From positions 864,001 through 928,000 of the forward strand of contig CAWBOS010000012.1 of the NCBI GenBank assembly GCA_963790475.1: a stretch of 64,000 nt of DNA, in the 5' to 3' direction. Origin of the DNA: an uncultured delta proteobacterium (GTDB lineage Bacteria; Desulfobacterota; RBG-13-43-22). The position numbers and the translations under genes are program-made. The stretch's first letter is position 1. Each line of letters starts with the position of its first letter. Positions 9,406 through 19,926 of this stretch are shown here, in pieces. The notes below the pieces were generated by a model. It was not told the DNA's origin. It saw only the letters and a list, made by a program, of their open reading frames with translations, and ran no database searches.

Positions 9406-9924
9406 GGGATTCCCTCCTTTCAAGGTGGAGAAAATACAGGCGATGTTTTACTGGTGTTTCAATGGAAACGTAGCAGTCTTCCCTAAAAATGGATAGTTTC
9501 CTTGGAGAAATCAACCTTAAATAATTATATAATAGAATTTCCTTTACTATGGAAGAAGTATAAGAGAAGGAAAAGACACGGTCAAGACAAAACCAAGTCT
9601 TGAAAGCAAAGGGAAGGAAATGGGTGATCCGAATAATCTATCTTAAGTTCAAGGACATTAGGGTTAAGGGCTCTGGTCTTTTTGCCACGGGATTAAATCT
9701 CCTGTCGACATGAAAACGATTACCGGACTCTGAAGTTTTTCCGAAAATTACTTCGCCTGATTGATTTAAACGATGTCACCTACAACTCTTGCTTGGGAGC
9801 TGGACTAAAAATTGAGAATTACCGTTCGAAATAGATAAGCAGCCCCAAAGTCCCTGGACGGCCACATCGAATGAATTGAGTATAAAAGAAGCCCAAAAAT
9901 GAGGGAAAGAGAAAAAGGAAAGAA

Positions 9925-10341
9925 TCAGCTGAAGCCTAATTCTTTGACGTTCTTAGGTAACACTTGATTTCCAGCCAGAATAGCGTCGATGGATTGAATC
10001 AATACGGCCCGGGGAGAATCCTTTGAAAGACACCAGCTTGCACCGGCCTTTAAGGCGGCAATCAGGTATTCAGGCGTTTTATGTACTGAGAAAACCAGGA
10101 CCTTAGTCCCCGGCCATTGTTTCTTGATTTCCCTGGTAGCGGCTATGCCGTCCATCCTGGGCATGGATAGATCCATCAAAACCAGGTCAGGATGGAATCT
10201 TTCGACAGAATTAAGGGCTTCCACCCCATCGGCCGCTTCACCGACAATATCGAAAGCCAGGAAGTGTGAAAGAATAGACCTTAATCCCTCCCGGAAAGCG
10301 GGACTGTCATCAACGATCAGAATACGGTGTACTTTATACAT
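9925..10341 (-). CDS. NarL-type response regulator, receiver domain only
   Basis: ILIVDD, PDLVLMDLSMPRMDG, conserved Lys; no HTH. Confidence 0.88.
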   Translation of the reverse strand: MYKVHRILIVDDSPAFREGLRSILSHFLAFDIVGEAADGVEALNSVERFHPDLVLMDLSMPRMDGIAATREIKKQWPGTKVLVFSVHKTPEYLIAALKAGASWCLSKDSPRAVLIQSIDAILAGNQVLPKNVKELGFS

Positions 10342-10429
10342 CAGTTAGGATAAAAAGGCCCCTTTTGATACTTTTAATAGGTTTAGATTAAGGGTATCAG
10401 AGATTTTAGGAAAAAAGAATGGTGGGAAA

Positions 10430-10461
10430 GCTGTATTTTCGGGGAGAAAGAGCTGTATTTT
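10430..10461 (-). promoter_or_regulatory. Direct repeat AAAATACAG x2, 22-bp period
   Basis: Same motif and period at 53132-53162 upstream of the paralogous regulator. Confidence 0.5.
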
Positions 10462-10522
10462 AAATCGGAGGGTTCCGAAAACCGATCTGGCGATCTTATT
10501 GAAGGGAGAGATTTCGAAAAAT

Positions 10523-12406
10523 TCAGATGGGCCAAACGGCCCGGACAACCGTTCCTTTTCCCTTAACGGAGTGGATGGAAAAAGAACCTCCTGAGAATTC
10601 AATCCGTTCTCTCATACTGGAGATCCCCAGGCCTTTTTTTGAAATCGTCCGGGAGGACAGACTTTCCAGATCGAATCCTTCTCCTTTATCACTGATACTC
10701 AGTTCTATGGTGCTGTCGACTTTTCGCAGTTCGAGATATACCAGGTCGGTCTTGGCATATTTGGCGATATTATTCATGGCTTCCTGTGTGATCCTAAAGA
10801 GAGCGATTTTTAGATGATCCGGCACATCCTCTTCCCGGATAGTAATTGCTTGTTCAACCTTGATACCAGAGTAAATCGTTTCAAATCTCCTGCAGAACCA
10901 GGAAAAGGTGGCTATGATACCCAGGTCGTCTAAAAGTGGAGGCCGTAAATCAGCCTGAATTCTTCGGGCCTCTTCAATCGTATCCTGGATGATGGGGATT
11001 AGGGTTTCCAGAGAATTGGAAATATTCGAGGTTCCGTCCTTCGGAAAATGTTGTAAAGCCTCTTCCGCCTTAAATTTAATGGCAGTTAAGTTCGACCCCA
11101 GGATATCGTGAACTTCCAGGGCGATCCGTTTCCTTTCAATCTCCTGGGTGGAGAGGATCTGGGAGGCCAGAATTCGCAGTTGGTTTTTTGATTCCTGCAA
11201 GGTCTGCTCCATCTTCAGTCGTTCCGCGATTTCGATGGTCAGCTCTTTATTGCTTTGAGCCAATTCAGCAGTTCGCTCAAGAACCCGGACTTCCAGTTCG
11301 TCATGCGATTTACGTAGCTCTTCTTCCATCTGTTTGCGTTCGGTGATGTCTATAATGAACCCCCGTAAGCGGACGGACTCGCCGTCACGAATAACAGGCG
11401 TCGAAAAAACCAAGGAAGGAAAAACGCTCCCATCCTTTCTCAGCATTAGGTACTCGTTTGAACGTATATAGCCGTCCTTCAAAATTCTTTGAATGTTTTC
11501 CCATGCCCGACCCCGATCATCGGGAGTAACCGCGTCCAACACATTCAAACCTACTGCAAAATCCGCTTGGGTGTATCCAAAGCTCTTAAAGGCATTCTGG
11601 TTCCAAAAGGTGAGAAGGCCCTGTTGATCTATTTCAAAAACGATTTCAGGCAACAAATCAGCAAAATTCCTGAAACGCGCCTCGCTCTCCCGTAGCGCCT
11701 TCTCCTCCTGCTTGCGCTTAAGCGCCACGCCAATACTTGCACTGATCCCCTCGAAAAAATGGATCATATTGAGAGTGAAACGATCTTTTTCCCGGTCATT
11801 TAGTTGTAGCAGGCCGATGATCTCCTGATTTTCGCGGATAGGAATCAGCGCCACAGAGATGAAGCCTTCATGCACACAGCGGTTTCGTGGATGAAGTCTC
11901 GGATCCTGGTCAGGTGATAGATCTAATAATGTCAAGGAGTTGTTTGTCCAGGCGCTTCCACCTGGCGTAAAAAGGGGGTTTGTCGGATCGGTCTGTCCGG
12001 ATATTACCAAGCCACAGGTGCATTCAAGAATATAGTTGCGATCTTTATCCTTGCAAGGCCAGCCATCTTTGGTGCGAACAACCAGCGTGTTCTCTGTAAG
12101 AAGAAAATCATTCGAAAAACCTTCCTGGACAAAATACGGGAAGTCGTCACTGCTTCGGAGGCGAATCCCAACGGCTTCGAATCCCGTTTCCCGCTTTATT
12201 GCTGAGAGAATGAGGCTAATCGCATCAGTTAAAACAGATGGGTTGTTTAGAATGCCCAGGATTTCAGCCGTAAGTTGTTGGTAACGCTCTGCCTGCATAT
12301 GTGCTTTGGTTGATTGTTCCAGTTCCTCAATTTTCTGCTTTAAGACAGAGATCTCTTCCACCTGTTCTTCATATGTCCTGGATAAATCTTTCACCCGACT
12401 CTCCAA
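10523..12406 (-). CDS. GAF-PAS sensor histidine kinase (HisKA_3/NarX-type), cytoplasmic
   Basis: QEIERKRIALEVHD H-box, LRPPLLDDLG, QEAMNNIAKY, D.G.GF, GLGI motifs; PAS/PAC ending DITERK. Confidence 0.93.
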   Translation of the reverse strand: MESRVKDLSRTYEEQVEEISVLKQKIEELEQSTKAHMQAERYQQLTAEILGILNNPSVLTDAISLILSAIKRETGFEAVGIRLRSSDDFPYFVQEGFSNDFLLTENTLVVRTKDGWPCKDKDRNYILECTCGLVISGQTDPTNPLFTPGGSAWTNNSLTLLDLSPDQDPRLHPRNRCVHEGFISVALIPIRENQEIIGLLQLNDREKDRFTLNMIHFFEGISASIGVALKRKQEEKALRESEARFRNFADLLPEIVFEIDQQGLLTFWNQNAFKSFGYTQADFAVGLNVLDAVTPDDRGRAWENIQRILKDGYIRSNEYLMLRKDGSVFPSLVFSTPVIRDGESVRLRGFIIDITERKQMEEELRKSHDELEVRVLERTAELAQSNKELTIEIAERLKMEQTLQESKNQLRILASQILSTQEIERKRIALEVHDILGSNLTAIKFKAEEALQHFPKDGTSNISNSLETLIPIIQDTIEEARRIQADLRPPLLDDLGIIATFSWFCRRFETIYSGIKVEQAITIREEDVPDHLKIALFRITQEAMNNIAKYAKTDLVYLELRKVDSTIELSISDKGEGFDLESLSSRTISKKGLGISSMRERIEFSGGSFSIHSVKGKGTVVRAVWPI

Positions 12407-12712
12407 TGGTGATAGTTATAATGCCGAGATATATCAAAATATTAAAAACAATACAGGAAGGTATCCTGAGATGTCAAGGAGATATACATATAACGGACGG
12501 TTGTCTAAAGCTTGATTATATGAATGGACAACTACCGTTCCACAGAGTAACGTGGCCAACCTTACGGTTCTTTGATAATTTAGCAATAGAATAGTGTTTT
12601 GGGGGGGGAATTCAACAGAGAAACAACGATTACCGTTCGAAATCTTGTCTTTTTTCAAAAATGCAATTTTAACGAGTTCAGGAAGCTAATTGTCAACCGT
12701 CTTTTCCGAGCA

Positions 12713-13732
12713 TCAATCCAGCGTTATTCCCCTCAGTTTTTGGAATAGATGTTCTTCCCGATCGGCGATATCCATAAGGACATCGGCTGCAGTGCGGTAG
12801 GAATCGTCCACCCCGGCCCGGTTCTTGAAAATACGTACGGCAATGACAGCGAATTCACGCCACCGGTCACCGACTTCCGTCATTTCTCTGGACCTGTCGT
12901 TCAACCAGGGCTGGTTTAGTTCTTTGGCGGCCTCCTGCAGAAAGGCGGCATAGATAAAACGAAATCCGGCCCCACCCGTACCGATCTCTTCCAGCATGCG
13001 AACAATCTGTCCCAGGTAAAGAGAGGCCTTCTTCGGTCCCAATTTTTCAGGCCATTTCCGCATCCTGCGCGCCAAAAAACGGATCCCTTTGGCCCCGATC
13101 AAGGGGACGGGGGTTCGGAGCATAACATCGCCGGTCTTCCGGATGGCGAGGACAATGGCTTTTTTCAGATCAAAGGACGAAGGAATTTCCGTCATGAAAT
13201 ACATCTGTCCTTTGGGCGCGAAAACCCCTTTGGCAAAGCGGACCCGCATCAGATCCTCATAACTTAGTCTCTGGATATCCTCCAGGATCGGGTCACTGAT
13301 CAGGTATTCTCCATTTTCCTTTCCGATGACTACGATATTGTGGGCATTGAAATGAAATCGGAAGGCTTTGGGGAAATAGGTCAGATGGAATACCCCAACC
13401 TTGCAACCGGTAGGGATGCCTTGCTCCAGGTTCTTATCCAAGGCTTCCATGGACTGCCTGGGATCTTTAAATTCCCTCCGTTGAAAGCGGACCCCCAGGC
13501 GGCGATTGGCCTTACTGAAAATCGTTCCCATCCAAGGTCGAAAGGTGATCAGTGGAATACCATTAACCTTTATAAAGGGTAGAAAGCCGAAATATAGCCC
13601 TGATCCGATCCCGAAGACCATCGCTTCGCTTAGATTAACATTGTAGAACCTGAGAAGGTTTGAGGTAACGCCGGTCTCGCAATGGGCCGCCGGGCGATGA
13701 TCAAAATTAATTTGAATATCCTTGGAGTTCAT
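12713..13732 (-). CDS. BtrH N-terminal/DUF4872 protein (papain-like Cys-His)
   Basis: AAHCETG, LSEAMVFGIGSGL, HFNAHN, EEIGTGGAGFRFIY motifs. Confidence 0.85.
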   Translation of the reverse strand: MNSKDIQINFDHRPAAHCETGVTSNLLRFYNVNLSEAMVFGIGSGLYFGFLPFIKVNGIPLITFRPWMGTIFSKANRRLGVRFQRREFKDPRQSMEALDKNLEQGIPTGCKVGVFHLTYFPKAFRFHFNAHNIVVIGKENGEYLISDPILEDIQRLSYEDLMRVRFAKGVFAPKGQMYFMTEIPSSFDLKKAIVLAIRKTGDVMLRTPVPLIGAKGIRFLARRMRKWPEKLGPKKASLYLGQIVRMLEEIGTGGAGFRFIYAAFLQEAAKELNQPWLNDRSREMTEVGDRWREFAVIAVRIFKNRAGVDDSYRTAADVLMDIADREEHLFQKLRGITLD

Positions 13733-14145
13733 TTCTCTTCAGCAGTTCTCATGAAATCCGTTAAGGCCTCGAAGGGGATACCGAAGATGTCGGCATATCG
13801 TCGCAAGACCTCTTCATCCATTTTCGCAAACCCGTCGGGCTTGAGGTGTCTTCGGACCTTCCTTTTGGGCAGGCCGATATAAGTGGCCAGAAGCTTCTCG
13901 TCCATCATATTTTTTTCCATGTAGTAGGCAATCGGGCTGAGCTTGCCCTGCAAGATCTGCTGCCTGGTTTCTTTCATCTTTTCATGGATTACATCCCAGG
14001 CCTGCAATAAGGCCGCATTTTTAGGAGCCCAACCGCAGCTCGGGACCGTTACATAGTTCCCATTTTCATCCACGGCATAACTCAGGTCCATCTGTCTGCC
14101 TTCCATTAAACCATCATCATCCTGGGGTACTTCATGCTTTTTCAT
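13729..14145 (-). CDS. Conserved hypothetical protein of dar/flexirubin clusters, C-terminal HTH-like
   Basis: EVPQD, YAVDENG.Y, SPIAYYME..MD, V.RHLKP..F motifs; coupled to the next gene. Confidence 0.7.
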   Translation of the reverse strand: MKKHEVPQDDDGLMEGRQMDLSYAVDENGNYVTVPSCGWAPKNAALLQAWDVIHEKMKETRQQILQGKLSPIAYYMEKNMMDEKLLATYIGLPKRKVRRHLKPDGFAKMDEEVLRRYADIFGIPFEALTDFMRTAEEK

Positions 14146-14218
14146 AGGGTGTTTTTTAAGAAACTACTCCCTCCTGTTTAATGTCGGGGCAAAAGGGGAG
14201 CAAAACTGCGCTAATAAA

Positions 14219-15358
14219 TCATACGACCGTCAGTAGGGTGTAGACATAGGAAAACCGGGCACTCTCGGGAACCAAGGTCAGGATTTGCTGGCCTTTTTTC
14301 AATTGATCCGAATGGTAAAGCTCTTCCAGCATGCAATATACCGAGGCCGATCCTATATTACCCAAACGGGTAAGGTTAGTGAACCATTTTTCCTGCGGGA
14401 TGTATACCCCTTGATCTCGGCTGTCGGCATCTAAACGGGACCGGAAATATTCGGAGGACAAGTGCGGTAAAAAGAATGAAATCTTATCGAGATTTAAATC
14501 GCGCTTTTTAGTAATACTCTTCAGAAACAGATTGTTCTGGCGGACGGCGTAGCTGTCCAGCATTTTTATGTCCTGCCTTACCGAGAGGAGCGAACGCTCC
14601 AGCAGTTCATTGGCTTCGAATTCCCGCCAGCCCTTGATCTCTCCGTTTTCAAGTTTTTCACCACCGGCATACATGCAGGTTTCGAACTGGTTGGCAAAAG
14701 AAGCTATTTCAATCCAATCGATCCTGAGGGAAAGGCCCTTTGGGTTGGGTTTATTCTGTAACAGAGCGGCACCGGCTCCATCGGAAAGCATCCAGCGCAA
14801 GAAGTCCTTTTCAAAGGCCACGATCGGTTGCTGTTCTAGCAAGGCGAGCTTCTCCGTCTCTTTTTCAAAATTGCGAGCCCGCATATAGGTGGACATCAAT
14901 TCCGACCCGGTGCAAACGGCATTGTTCTTCTCTCCGGATAGGACGGCCAGGAAAGCATATTTCATGGCCTGCATTCCACAGACACAAGCACCGCTGGGTG
15001 AATTAATCTCAATGGGTTTCCCGCCCAACTCCCCGTGAACCATAGAGGCATGGGACGGCATCAACTGGTCTTGGGAACTGGTACCGCAAGAGAGAAGCTC
15101 GATGTCTTCAACCGTGAAGTGGTCATTGAGCAAACCCCGGACGGCCTCAGCGGTCATTTGGGCATTGGAATGGGTTAAACGGCCGTTCTCGTCCAGGGCA
15201 TAATAGCGGGTTTTGATCTTATTATTACGGAGAACAATCGCTTTGGCCTTCGAAGGTCGGCCATCAACCCGGCCCAGGTATTTTTCCATAGCGTCGTTGG
15301 TCACCGGCCGGTTGGGCAAAAATTTTGCTAAACGGGTTATATAAACTTCGTTTGGCAT
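14219..15358 (-). CDS. darB: DarB/StlD-type beta-ketoacyl-ACP synthase III
   Basis: MPSHASMVHGEL, SGAC, FEKDFLRWMLSDGAGA, FLPHLSSEYF, GNIGSAS, VPESARFSY. Confidence 0.9.
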   Translation of the reverse strand: MPNEVYITRLAKFLPNRPVTNDAMEKYLGRVDGRPSKAKAIVLRNNKIKTRYYALDENGRLTHSNAQMTAEAVRGLLNDHFTVEDIELLSCGTSSQDQLMPSHASMVHGELGGKPIEINSPSGACVCGMQAMKYAFLAVLSGEKNNAVCTGSELMSTYMRARNFEKETEKLALLEQQPIVAFEKDFLRWMLSDGAGAALLQNKPNPKGLSLRIDWIEIASFANQFETCMYAGGEKLENGEIKGWREFEANELLERSLLSVRQDIKMLDSYAVRQNNLFLKSITKKRDLNLDKISFFLPHLSSEYFRSRLDADSRDQGVYIPQEKWFTNLTRLGNIGSASVYCMLEELYHSDQLKKGQQILTLVPESARFSYVYTLLTVV

Positions 15359-15404
15359 ATTGAAATTATCCGTTCCTTTCTATCAAGTATGGTTTGACTT
15401 AATA

Positions 15405-16322
15405 TTATTCCACCTGTGAATAATAGTCCTGGAGCCTCTTTGTCTTTTTATAAAAGATCTTCTGGGTTAACCAGGAAACTAAGGAGATAAAGGGAGGAAG
15501 GAGAAATGCTCCGGAAAACAGATAATATTTGAAGAGTTTCAATCGAAATTCCCGCGCAGGATCCCAAGGGCCCCCCTTTTTCAGCACGTATTTCGACCAG
15601 AACTCGAACATCATCCGTCCCCTCTTCTCAATACTCATCAGAATGGGGTTGACCTTAACGGCCCCCTTTTCCAGAAGGTGATCCTGGAGTTTTTTTGTTT
15701 GTCCAAGACGAAATGCTTCCCGGATTACTTCGCCAAATTTCGCAGACTCCCGAATACTTTGTTCAGGTACACCGGCTGGAGGGAAAAGACCGCTGATCAA
15801 TCCTTTTCCTTTCGACACGCCTTTTGACATCCAGAGTACAATCGTCACTATACTTACCAGATTCGGATGGGGATCGACCAGCACAATATTACCGACCAAT
15901 GTACCCCCCAGACCCCGGATTTGTTTTTTCACGCTTTCCTGGGCCATGATCCACATATTCCGGACCCCCAGAATGGTGATGACCGGTTTGCCTTTCAGGA
16001 CTTTCCCGGCCGCGGGTGACTGAAGAAAGGCGGCAAATGGGATGGAGGGAGACAGATACCAGACCTGATAAGCCAGAATGACCAAGTCGAAATCCTGATC
16101 CGGATTGAATAATAAAGGTTCTAAAGCACAGGGAATCTCCTGAACGGATTCCGGAAAAGCTTGGAAGAATTGCATCCCCCGCCAGGGAAACGGATAGGGA
16201 GGAAGGGGTCTAAGCTCTTCAAAAATCAGCTCAAAATCCTCCTGCAGCGGACTTGTGACAGAATCCAATATCCTTTTCATCTGACCGGTCTGGGAATAGT
16301 ATATTATGAGTGCTTTTTTCAT
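15405..16322 (-). CDS. darA: Dialkylresorcinol condensing enzyme DarA
   Basis: IIYYSQTGQ, YPFPW..FFQAFPE, YQVWYLSPS.P, RNMWIMAQE; directly upstream of darB. Confidence 0.88.
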   Translation of the reverse strand: MKKALIIYYSQTGQMKRILDSVTSPLQEDFELIFEELRPLPPYPFPWRGMQFFQAFPESVQEIPCALEPLLFNPDQDFDLVILAYQVWYLSPSIPFAAFLQSPAAGKVLKGKPVITILGVRNMWIMAQESVKKQIRGLGGTLVGNIVLVDPHPNLVSIVTIVLWMSKGVSKGKGLISGLFPPAGVPEQSIRESAKFGEVIREAFRLGQTKKLQDHLLEKGAVKVNPILMSIEKRGRMMFEFWSKYVLKKGGPWDPAREFRLKLFKYYLFSGAFLLPPFISLVSWLTQKIFYKKTKRLQDYYSQVE

Positions 16323-16886
16323 TTGACGGGTAATGGTTATTTAGAATGATTCACCTAAAGTTGTCAATCTAAAATTATAAAACAGCCATTTTCCCCCGAA
16401 ATCATCGGGCTTATTATAATCTTTTAAAAAAGTATTAATGTTTATGCTTAGTTCGATATTTACAAATATGGGAAGGGGAATTCCAGAAATACAAAGCAGT
16501 GAGCCGGGGAAATCCCGAGATCTTGATTTAAGGTTTCCTCATAGAAAAGAATCTGGGAATCCGGGTAGTCTATTTGAAGGGGAAAATTTTTATTTTGGGT
16601 AGGAGGCTCCGATGAGTTCGCTCCGTTCATTACCGTTCGCACTATTCCATTTTTATGAATTGGAGACTCGGAAGATTTCAGGAAGGTATTCACCCATTGC
16701 TTATCGAACGAGTCATGGACGTTTGACAACCCCTGCGTGCCTTCCTCTTAGGGGGCGAACTTGGCAAGTCGCTCCCCCCCTCAGATGAAGCGGGTCAAAA
16801 AATACAAAAATATATGGTAAGGGAAGCAGGACCTCTTTTCGCATAGACGTTGTATCTAACACCCCGATATTGACAAGAAAATCATG

Positions 16887-18482
16887 TCAGGATTTCCTGA
16901 ATTCCTTCTCCATCGCTTCCTTGGCGGGTTTTACGTACATCTCTCTCAATTTCGGCTTTTCAATCTTGCCGGCCGGGTTTCGAGGTATATTGGTATAGAT
17001 AATCTTTTCAGGCCATTTGAACTTGGCAAGTCCCTTCTCTTTGCAGAAATCGAGAACTTCCTCATCAGTGAGTGTCTGACCCGGCCTGGTTTGGATCACT
17101 GCTAAAACGATCTCCACGAGTCTGGGATGGGGATAGCCCATCACGGCGATGTCCTGTACCTTTGGGTGTTTAAGTAAGAAGCCCTCTATTTCCACAGGAA
17201 AGATGTTTTCGCCGCCCCGGATAATGAGATCCTTGGCCCTGTCCACGAAGCAGAAAAACCCCTCTTCATCCCGGTACGCCAGGTCACCGGTGTGGAGCCA
17301 CCCCTTTTCGATGGTCCTGGCCGTCATCTCGGGATTGTAGGCATACTGCTTCATGAGCCGGGGCCCCTTCAGCAGAAGTTCGCCGACCACCTTGGGAGGA
17401 CATTCCTTCCCTTTGTCATCCACCACCTTCGCCTCCATGAAAACGGTGGGTTTACCGATGGAGCCCGGTTTTCGCATTATGTCTTCGTCGTAGAGGTTGA
17501 TGGTCCCGCCGCCTCCTCCTTCCGTGATCCCGTAAATGTTGGCGATGGGCAGCTTTGGAAAGACCTTCTTTGAATTTTCGAGCAACACATAGGGAACGGG
17601 CTGGGCGCCGATCTCGATATGGGTCAAGGCACTCAGATCGTAGTCTTCCATCTTCACCTCTCCCGACAGTATGGCATCGATTACGTCCGACCAAACCGGG
17701 ACCGTGTTCCACCCGCCCGTACATTTTTCGTCGGCGAGGGAGCGCAAATAGTATTTCGGCTGGAGCTCCATGGGCATAAGGATTTTGCCCGCGGCGATGT
17801 ATGAGGGAAATGAAAGAAAGAGCGTGCCACTGTGATAGAAAGGATGGGGGGAGAGATAGACGCTTTTGTAACCTTCATTGTAAGTCAAGGCGTTGCCGAT
17901 TCCGATATAAAAGAGGTTGCTGTGGGTATGGCAGACCGGTTTGGGGGCGCCTGTCGTCCCCGAGGTAAACATGAGCTCGGCCATATCGTCGTCTGCCGTG
18001 TCAACGAGCACAGGGGCCGGATCCCCCTTTTCCATGATCTGTTGGTAAGAGACCATCCCCGGCGGGTTTTGTTCTCCGACGCATAGGTATTTTTTTACGT
18101 AATTCATCTCCTTCATAATGGGCTCCACCCTGGGTAGAAAACCTTCGCCGAGAATGAATACTTTACACTGGGTCACATCGGCCGCATATTTAATGTCCGA
18201 GCCTGCAAAACGGAAGTTGAGCGGGGTCACGGTTGCCCCCGTTTTCAGGACAGCCATGTAGCACACGTACCACTCAATGCTATTCATCATCAGATGAACG
18301 ACAATGTCTCCTTTCCTGATCCCGCACTCCTTCACCATGTAATTGGCCAGCTTATTCGTCTGATCGTCGATCTCTGCCCAGGTGATCGCTTTGCGTATCC
18401 CTTTCGAGGGATAGCTTTCGATGATAAACTCTCTCCCGGGAAACTTGCTCGCATTGAGCCAACAAAACCGTGCAAAGTTCAT
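16887..18482 (-). CDS. AMP-forming acyl-CoA synthetase
   Basis: FTSGTTGAPK, YGITE, GWLHTGD, DRAKDLIIRGGENI, PRNPAGK. Confidence 0.95.
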   Translation of the reverse strand: MNFARFCWLNASKFPGREFIIESYPSKGIRKAITWAEIDDQTNKLANYMVKECGIRKGDIVVHLMMNSIEWYVCYMAVLKTGATVTPLNFRFAGSDIKYAADVTQCKVFILGEGFLPRVEPIMKEMNYVKKYLCVGEQNPPGMVSYQQIMEKGDPAPVLVDTADDDMAELMFTSGTTGAPKPVCHTHSNLFYIGIGNALTYNEGYKSVYLSPHPFYHSGTLFLSFPSYIAAGKILMPMELQPKYYLRSLADEKCTGGWNTVPVWSDVIDAILSGEVKMEDYDLSALTHIEIGAQPVPYVLLENSKKVFPKLPIANIYGITEGGGGGTINLYDEDIMRKPGSIGKPTVFMEAKVVDDKGKECPPKVVGELLLKGPRLMKQYAYNPEMTARTIEKGWLHTGDLAYRDEEGFFCFVDRAKDLIIRGGENIFPVEIEGFLLKHPKVQDIAVMGYPHPRLVEIVLAVIQTRPGQTLTDEEVLDFCKEKGLAKFKWPEKIIYTNIPRNPAGKIEKPKLREMYVKPAKEAMEKEFRKS

Positions 18483-18981
18483 GGCGTTCCTTTCTTCTGA
18501 TGGCTTAGTTAAGGTAATTTATTAAAAATAATGATAGATAAAAAGTAACCTTTGGTCAAACATAAAATAACATGGCCGGTAATGCCTCAGTCCCACGCGG
18601 AGTTGTGGAGAGGTAATACTTCAAAATTAGGGACTCCTTCATCCGGAAATCCACAACAAGACAACCATTCCCCTTTCACATAAGTGGTTATTAACTTTGA
18701 TTTTTAAAATTCATTGGGTTATTGTGCGCTTGGACAAAGGTCGAATAGATACTGAAAACCAAAAAATTAAAGAGTACTGACAGTCTTTTCCAAAATAGCC
18801 CAGACTCGGATTCCAGCTAAGATTTCTCATCTTCAAAAGAAGGCAAACTTTAACCGAAAATTATTCAAAAAAAGTCTTCCGGGGAAAAAGCACCACAAAC
18901 TATGGAAAACAAAACTTCTCTATTCTTTCATCACTTCTTTCTTTTTTTGGGCTTCCTGAAGATGCCAGGGAAACTCATCCT

Positions 18982-19926
18982 TTGGGGTATGCAAACATAG
19001 GCAGCCAGGGGACAGTGCCCACCTACCCTTTCGGCTATCCCCTTATTATGGCCGCTTTCATTAAGATTTTCGGTCTTCGGGGGGCCTATTGGGTAACTCC
19101 CCTTTTGGCTGGGGGAACTATTCTTCTCACTTACTGGCTTGGGAGGGCATTCCTTGGCGTGTTGGGAGGGATCATTGCCGCAGGCCTTGTTTTGTTTTTG
19201 CCCAACTTTCTTCATAGTTCATTTTTCCCAATGAGCGATGTTCCGGCTACCTTTTTTCCCGCCCTCGCTCTCGTATCCTTACTGGTTATGCGTCCCTCTC
19301 GCCTCGCCGACCTACTCCTGGGGGCTTCCCTTGGTTTTGGGATATGGGTCCGTCCGAATATGATCTTGTTGGTGCTACCGATAGCGGTCTGGTTTGTTGT
19401 TCGTAAAGAATGGCCGAGGCTGATCCGTTTTAGCTTAATAATTTTTCCTTTTATCTTGGTTAATGGTCTCCTGAATGGATACTTATTGGGGTCTGTCTGG
19501 ACTACGGGCTATGCGAATATTCCCATAGGGGACACTTGGCCGAATTCTCTGGCCCGGGGTGCCTGTCACTTAGTGCGATTGCATGATCAACAAGCAGGCC
19601 TTGGGATTTCCCTGTTCCTTTTAGGGTTCTTATTCGGAAGGCTATCTTTGGCCTTGCGTTTACTTCTGGCCGGTGTGTTTGTCGTTTTTTTGGTTTTCTT
19701 CTCCGCCTACCGCTGGGATGATGCCTGGTGGTACTTCCGATTTCTGCTCCCGACTATGCCCGCAGTGGCGGTTTTGGAAGCATCTTTCCTAAGGCAATTC
19801 ATGTCAACCGGGAAATGGAGAAAGCGGAACAGCGCCTTAACATTGTTGTTTTTTTCTGTTTTGGCCTGGGCTTCTATTAATTTCAGCAACGAACATTTTG
19901 TATTTAATGACCGGATTTCTGAAAAG
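18982..19926 (+). pseudogene. Fragment of GT-C (ArnT/PMT-like) membrane glycosyltransferase
   Basis: YPFGYP, MSDVP, VRPN and RFLLP motifs with multiple TM helices; no convincing start, and no stop before running antisense into the E2 gene. Confidence 0.65.

Noticed and set aside
12601-12608. G8 tract as a phase-variation switch
   Set aside because: Single short intergenic run, not clearly in a promoter spacer.
9818-12643. Exact 15-bp repeat attaccgttcgaaat flanking the two-component pair
   Set aside because: A 15-mer match somewhere in 64 kb is expected by chance; no integrase or other support.
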